Shown piece by piece: positions 59,587 through 64,000 of a stretch of 64,000 nucleotides of DNA. The notes beneath the pieces are model-generated. The model ran no database searches and had not been told where the DNA came from. It worked only from the letters and a program-made list of their open reading frames with translations. Source of the stretch: Candidatus Latescibacterota bacterium (lineage in GTDB: Bacteria > Latescibacterota > UBA2968); the NCBI GenBank assembly GCA_965204745.1, contig OZ242010.1, forward strand, positions 5,088,001 through 5,152,000, read 5' to 3'. Every line of letters begins with the position of its first letter. The stretch's first letter is position 1. The position numbers and the translations under genes were made by a program.

Positions 59587-60360
59587 ATGCCCAAAACCAT
59601 GATCGCCGCGCAAATGTACACGGTGCGCGATTTTACGAACACCCCAGCAGACATTGCCGAATCCATCCGAAAAGTCAAAGCCATTGGATATGACGCCATG
59701 CAAGTGTCGGCTTTTGGCGCGATTTCACCGGCAGAACTCAAGCAGATCGCCGATGACCATGGGGTCGAAATTTGCGCCACGCACACGGGCTTTGACCGCA
59801 TGCGCGACGACACGCAAGCCGTGATCGACGAACATCTCCTTTGGGGATGCAACTATCCCGCGATTGGCAGCCTGCCCGCGTCCTATCGGGAAGATGGCGA
59901 AGCCGGGTATGTCCGCTTTGCCAAAGACGCGTCGGAAGTGGGACGCAAACTCGCGGACGCGGGCCTGACGTTCGCGTATCACAATCACAACTTTGAATTT
60001 CAAAAATTCGGCAATCGCACGGCCCTCGAGATCATCTTGCGGGAATCGGACCCCAAAGCAGTACAACTCGAGATCGACGTCTATTGGGTGCAGGCAGGGG
60101 GCGGGGATCCCGCCGAGTGGATCCGCAAAGCCAAGAGCCGCATCGACCTCGTCCACGTCAAAGACATGGCGATTGAAGGCCGGGAAACGCGCTTTGCCGA
60201 AGTCGGCGAAGGCAATCTCAATTGGCCCGCCATTTTTGAAGCGGGCCGCGAAGCAGGCACGCGCTGGTACATCGTAGAACAAGATCGCTGTTACGACCGC
60301 GATCCCTTCGACAGCCTCAAAATCAGCTACGACAACCTGATTGCAATGGGCCTTTCCTGA
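59587..60360 (+). CDS. Sugar phosphate isomerase/epimerase (xylose isomerase-like TIM barrel)
   Basis: QMYTVRD, YHNH.FEF, EID.YW, HVKD, VG.G.L.W, VEQD. Confidence 0.92.
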   Translation: MPKTMIAAQMYTVRDFTNTPADIAESIRKVKAIGYDAMQVSAFGAISPAELKQIADDHGVEICATHTGFDRMRDDTQAVIDEHLLWGCNYPAIGSLPASYREDGEAGYVRFAKDASEVGRKLADAGLTFAYHNHNFEFQKFGNRTALEIILRESDPKAVQLEIDVYWVQAGGGDPAEWIRKAKSRIDLVHVKDMAIEGRETRFAEVGEGNLNWPAIFEAGREAGTRWYIVEQDRCYDRDPFDSLKISYDNLIAMGLS

Positions 60361-60370
60361 GAAACGCGAC

Positions 60371-62035
60371 ATGAACATCAACGCCAGCATTATCGATCAA
60401 AGGGTCTCGGGGATCGTGGCAGAGCATCCCCAGTGGCTACCGCCAGGACGCGACATCCCGGAAAAGAAGTCCGCGGCATTTGTCCTGCTGTGCATGTCAA
60501 CTCGCCTTGACGCCACGCTTGACGACTGCGCGGATTGGCTTACCGAGGGCGGGAATGATGCTGGCGTTGATGGCCTTCACATCGGCGAGGTCGAAGATGG
60601 CGAATTTCTCGTCACGATTTTTCAGGGCAAGTACAAAATTGACGACCTAAGTGGCAAAGCAAATTTCCCGGAAAACGGCTTGCAAAAATCTGCCAGTACC
60701 GTTCGGGTCTTGTTCGATCCCTATCGCACGGTCGGGCTGAACCCAAGAATCGCCCCCAAAATTGAAGAGATTCGCTCATTGATCCGCGATGGGTATATCC
60801 CCCATGTGCGGGTTATTCTTTGCAACAACGGCGCACGATGGACGCGCAGTGCAGACCACTGGATCGAGGATTTCGGCGACGAGGTGGAGTTCATCCACTT
60901 CAATCACGATTCCATCGTCGGCATCTTGCAGCGTAGCAAAAGAGTAGATACCACCTTGGCACTCAGCGGGCAAGCCATCGTAGAGGATATGAATTATATG
61001 CGCGTTTTGGTGGGGCGCGTTTCCGTTCAAGAAATCCAACGCTTGTTCGACGATCACGGCGACAACTTGCTAGAGCGCAATATCCGCCGCTACCTCGGCC
61101 TGCACACCAATCGCGTCAACACCGCCATTCACGCCACGCTTTGCGATCCCGATAAATCCGACAAATTCTACTTTTACAACAATGGCATTACGGCGGTTTG
61201 CGACAAGTTTGATTACAACGCCCTTCAAAAATCGGACTACATGGTGCAACTACGGAACATGCAGGTGATCAACGGAGGGCAGACCTGTAAGACGATTCAA
61301 GAAACGCTCAATAAAACTTTGCCCCACATGGTCGGCGAGGCGGCCTCTGTCATGATACGCATTTATCAGCTAACCGAAACGCAACGAGAATTGGTCCACG
61401 ACATCACCTTTGCCACCAACAGCCAGAATCCCGTGGATCTGAGGGATTTGCGGTCCAACGATGAGAGGCAAAAACAGTTGGAATTGGGTCTGTCTGAACT
61501 GGGCTATACCTATAAACGCCAGCGGGAGGAAAGCGGGAGTGGTTCGGCGGTCATCGCCAGTTCCATCGTGGCAGAAGCCGCGCTCGCGATCTGGCGGGAA
61601 AAGCCACACCAAGCCAAATTTCGCCGCAAAGACCACTTTGGCAAATTGTACGCGGACATATTCGATTCTCTCAATGCGGCCCAAGCACTGCTCGCGGTGA
61701 TGATCTTCAGAGCAGTTGAGAACGAGAGAAAGCGCCCAACAACAGCACAGCCTTCTGCCTTTCTGCCGTATGCGTCTCACTACATCGCCATGTTGATCGG
61801 CCGTGCGTTGTTATCCGATCGGGCTATCGCGCTCAGCCGGGTTTCCCATCGAAATGTTCACGCCCTCTTGCGGGCGTTTGAAGACGGGCAAGCGCGATAC
61901 CACGCAGCTGCCATAGCGGCCATTGAACGGGCGTTGAAGGCATGCTATGGCGACCGGGATGTATCGCTTCAGCAGCTATCGGCGACCTTCAGGCGCAGCG
62001 ACCTGTTGGAGATGCTCGGCAATGATCTGAGGTAG
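60371..62035 (+). CDS. AIPR family protein (abortive infection phage resistance)
   Basis: D.GVDG, FQGKY, LLERNIRRYLG, FYFYNNGIT, QVINGGQT, ATNSQN.V...DLRSND. Confidence 0.93.
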   Translation: MNINASIIDQRVSGIVAEHPQWLPPGRDIPEKKSAAFVLLCMSTRLDATLDDCADWLTEGGNDAGVDGLHIGEVEDGEFLVTIFQGKYKIDDLSGKANFPENGLQKSASTVRVLFDPYRTVGLNPRIAPKIEEIRSLIRDGYIPHVRVILCNNGARWTRSADHWIEDFGDEVEFIHFNHDSIVGILQRSKRVDTTLALSGQAIVEDMNYMRVLVGRVSVQEIQRLFDDHGDNLLERNIRRYLGLHTNRVNTAIHATLCDPDKSDKFYFYNNGITAVCDKFDYNALQKSDYMVQLRNMQVINGGQTCKTIQETLNKTLPHMVGEAASVMIRIYQLTETQRELVHDITFATNSQNPVDLRDLRSNDERQKQLELGLSELGYTYKRQREESGSGSAVIASSIVAEAALAIWREKPHQAKFRRKDHFGKLYADIFDSLNAAQALLAVMIFRAVENERKRPTTAQPSAFLPYASHYIAMLIGRALLSDRAIALSRVSHRNVHALLRAFEDGQARYHAAAIAAIERALKACYGDRDVSLQQLSATFRRSDLLEMLGNDLR

Positions 62036-62081
62036 GATATCGCGTCCAATTTCGATAGCCCCTTCACCCCGAGGAATTTTC

Positions 62082-62591
62082 ATGCCTTATGCAGACCACA
62101 TTGAGCAGGCCAAAGACCCCGTCACCTGTGCGGTGCTCACCATCAGCGATACGCGCACCAAAGCCGATGACAAAAGCGGTCAGATCATCCGCGAATCGGT
62201 CGAAGCCGCAGGTCACAACATCGCGTTTTATCGCGTGGTAAAAGACGATGCCGCGCAGATTCGCACCCTGATCGAACAAATCGCCGTAGCGGGCGAATGC
62301 CACGTCATTCTCACCAATGGGGGCACGGGCATTGCCGCGCGCGACACCACTTATGAAGCCGTCACGAGCCTGCTCGAAAAACGCCTCGACGGATTTGGCG
62401 AAGTCTTTCGCTTTCTCTCATGGGAAGACATCGGCTCGGGGGCCATGCTCTCGCGCGCTGTTGCAGGCGTGTACAAAGACACGATGATTTTCTGCATGCC
62501 CGGCTCATCCGGCGCGGTGCGACTGGCAATGGAAAAACTCATCGTTCCCGAACTCTCACACCTCGTCTGGGAAATCTGGCGGCAAAAGTGA
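62082..62591 (+). CDS. moaB: Molybdenum cofactor biosynthesis protein B (MogA/MoaB)
   Basis: LTISDTR...DDKSG, TNGGTG...RD.TYEA, GFGE.FR..S, MLSRA.AG, PGS. Confidence 0.93.
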   Translation: MPYADHIEQAKDPVTCAVLTISDTRTKADDKSGQIIRESVEAAGHNIAFYRVVKDDAAQIRTLIEQIAVAGECHVILTNGGTGIAARDTTYEAVTSLLEKRLDGFGEVFRFLSWEDIGSGAMLSRAVAGVYKDTMIFCMPGSSGAVRLAMEKLIVPELSHLVWEIWRQK

Positions 62592-62715
62592 GATGGGATT
62601 TTAGCCACGAGCGGGGTACAACTGGCGACAGCCAGTTCAAAGGCACAAAAGGCACAAAAGGGGTACAACTGGCGATAGCCAGTTCAAAGGCACAATCGGT
62701 GAGACGCAAGACGGG
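62589..62715. repeat. Tandem hairpin cassettes plus GNRAGAN heptamers flanking the IS110 right end
   Basis: Two GGGGTACAACTGGCGAYAGCCAGTTCAAAGGCAC units; GTGAGAC GCAAGAC GGG then core AG. Confidence 0.85.
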
Positions 62716-62733
62716 AGATACTCTCTTAAAAGG

Positions 62734-63741
62734 TCAAGGGGTTTTCGGGGTGATTCGATAGAATTTTTCGCCCTCAAAATCTTGGTCATGGCGCAACATG
62801 CCCCAGATCGAATGGAGCAACTTTCGCATCACCGCAACGATAGCCTGCAAAGGTTTCTTGCCGCGGGCGATGAGTTGGTCATAGAAGGCTTTGACATGGC
62901 CTTCGTGTCTGATGGCCACCCAGGCAGGCATATAGAGGGCATGGCGGAGGTACTTATTCCCGGTTTTCGAGATGCGTCTTTGTGGATTGGCGGTTCCGGA
63001 TTGTTTGGGTTTGGGATCCAGGCCTGCATGTGCGACCCACTGGGGCGGTTGCATCTCCTCTGGCAAAAGGGTCAACTCGGCCAAGAGCCGCAAGGCACTC
63101 GTTTGCGCGATGCCAGGCGTCGAGCAGAGGCGTTGGTAGGCACGCTTGAGGGGCTCATCGTGCAAAACGAGATCGAGGGCTTGGCTTTCCAAGTATGCAA
63201 TCCGGCGTTTGAAGTGTCGAATATTCACCTGAATATCGCGTGCGATGAGACGTGTGCTGCGGATGTGGTAGCTCTGCGCGTGGTTGCGGCTCTGTTCGCG
63301 GATGATCTCCTGCTTGAGTTGGTCAATGCGTCTGGTGAGGGCTTGCAGTTGAAGCCGTTGCTCGCTCGGCGCTTGCCAAGGCACAAAAGGCATGCGCTCG
63401 GCATAGTCGAGGATCAACAACGCATCCTTCGCATCCGTCTTCGCCCGTTGCATGCAGGCTTGGGCGTACTTGCTCATCGCTTTGGGATTGACGACCATGA
63501 CCTTTGTGTGGCGATGCCGATGCAAGGCCAAGGCCACCCCCAAACTGTAAAGCCCGGTCGCTTCGAGGCACACAGAGACCATGTGCCCGCCCTTCGTGAG
63601 CCACTTCAGCAACCGCTTATGCGCTTGGGGATCATTGGCAAAGGTCGCTTGCATGACAGCTTGTCCGGGTCTGGACAGGGCAACGGACAACGTGCGGGCA
63701 CTGACATCAATGCCGGCAAAAGCGGGGTGAGATTTCGACAT
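62734..63741 (-). CDS. IS110 family recombinase/transposase
   Basis: GIDVS, CLEATG.Y, KTDAKDA (DEDD), PGI, AGL.P...QSG (catalytic Ser), G.K.LR..LY, A.MRKL; RBS AGGAGG. Confidence 0.97.
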   Translation of the reverse strand: MSKSHPAFAGIDVSARTLSVALSRPGQAVMQATFANDPQAHKRLLKWLTKGGHMVSVCLEATGLYSLGVALALHRHRHTKVMVVNPKAMSKYAQACMQRAKTDAKDALLILDYAERMPFVPWQAPSEQRLQLQALTRRIDQLKQEIIREQSRNHAQSYHIRSTRLIARDIQVNIRHFKRRIAYLESQALDLVLHDEPLKRAYQRLCSTPGIAQTSALRLLAELTLLPEEMQPPQWVAHAGLDPKPKQSGTANPQRRISKTGNKYLRHALYMPAWVAIRHEGHVKAFYDQLIARGKKPLQAIVAVMRKLLHSIWGMLRHDQDFEGEKFYRITPKTP

Positions 63742-63784
63742 GGGGGCCTCCTGTGATGAGGGGGTTGTAAGGGATCTGGTGCGC

Positions 63785-63992
63785 GCTCGGGGTCCCGACC
63801 ATTGACGCCAAGTCTACCGGTCTTGTATATGCAGCCTCAAGGGGCTTAGATACTCTTCGGCATAGACCCGGCGGTCGGGGGGCCTATCTTACCTACAAGG
63901 TCATCGCCTTCAAGAGGGGCCGGCCTTCCCCGAGCCGGGCATCAAGATGGCTTATCTCGATACGAGGGCGCAACTCCTAATTAACCCTTACT
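63785..63992 (-). ncRNA. Predicted IS110 bridge RNA
   Basis: Nested stems enclosing two internal loops; AGAGUAUCU + AUACAAG (donor guides) and CCGGCCCCU + GUAGGUAAG (target guides); ends approximate. Confidence 0.8.
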
Positions 63993-64000
63993 TCCAAGAT

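Larger units (their letters stand above)
62716..64000 (-). mobile_element. IS110-family element (left end probably just beyond the window)
   Basis: Right boundary defined by identity with the decayed copy ending at ...AGAGAGTATCT; no TIR seen. Confidence 0.92.

Noticed and set aside
62589-62700. Tandem ~35-bp palindromic units resembling a mini CRISPR array
   Set aside because: Only two units, no unique spacers, the same unit is dispersed singly elsewhere, and there are no cas genes

Overview
GC-rich bacterial window with housekeeping and catabolic genes (pepA, ispDF, frdBCD without frdA, glnK-amtB, pgk-tpiA-secG-tRNA-Leu(GAG), moaB, a divergent transketolase, PL6 and heparinase-like lyases, two multiheme cytochromes). 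These are interspersed with defence/TA genes (orphan McrB-like, GmrSD + DUF262 + HEPN triad, HicAB, MNT with truncated HEPN, AIPR, Uma2) and a dense set of nested intergenic repeats (GTAG palindromes, two heptamer families, a small hairpin cassette, a TA-flanked MITE). Many gene stumps end at or near these repeats. The most notable signal is at the right edge: an intact IS110 recombinase whose upstream non-coding region has the layout of a bridge RNA. Its donor guides match the element's own right end, and its target guides spell CCGGCCC-CT-TACCTAC, a 15/16 match to a repeat of this genome. A decayed sister copy at the left edge sits in that same repeat family. A small TnpB relic lies upstream of pgk. 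A sponge-associated Latescibacterota-like origin is only my impression from the gene and repeat content and was not tested. All calls come from reading motifs by eye; no database searches were run.
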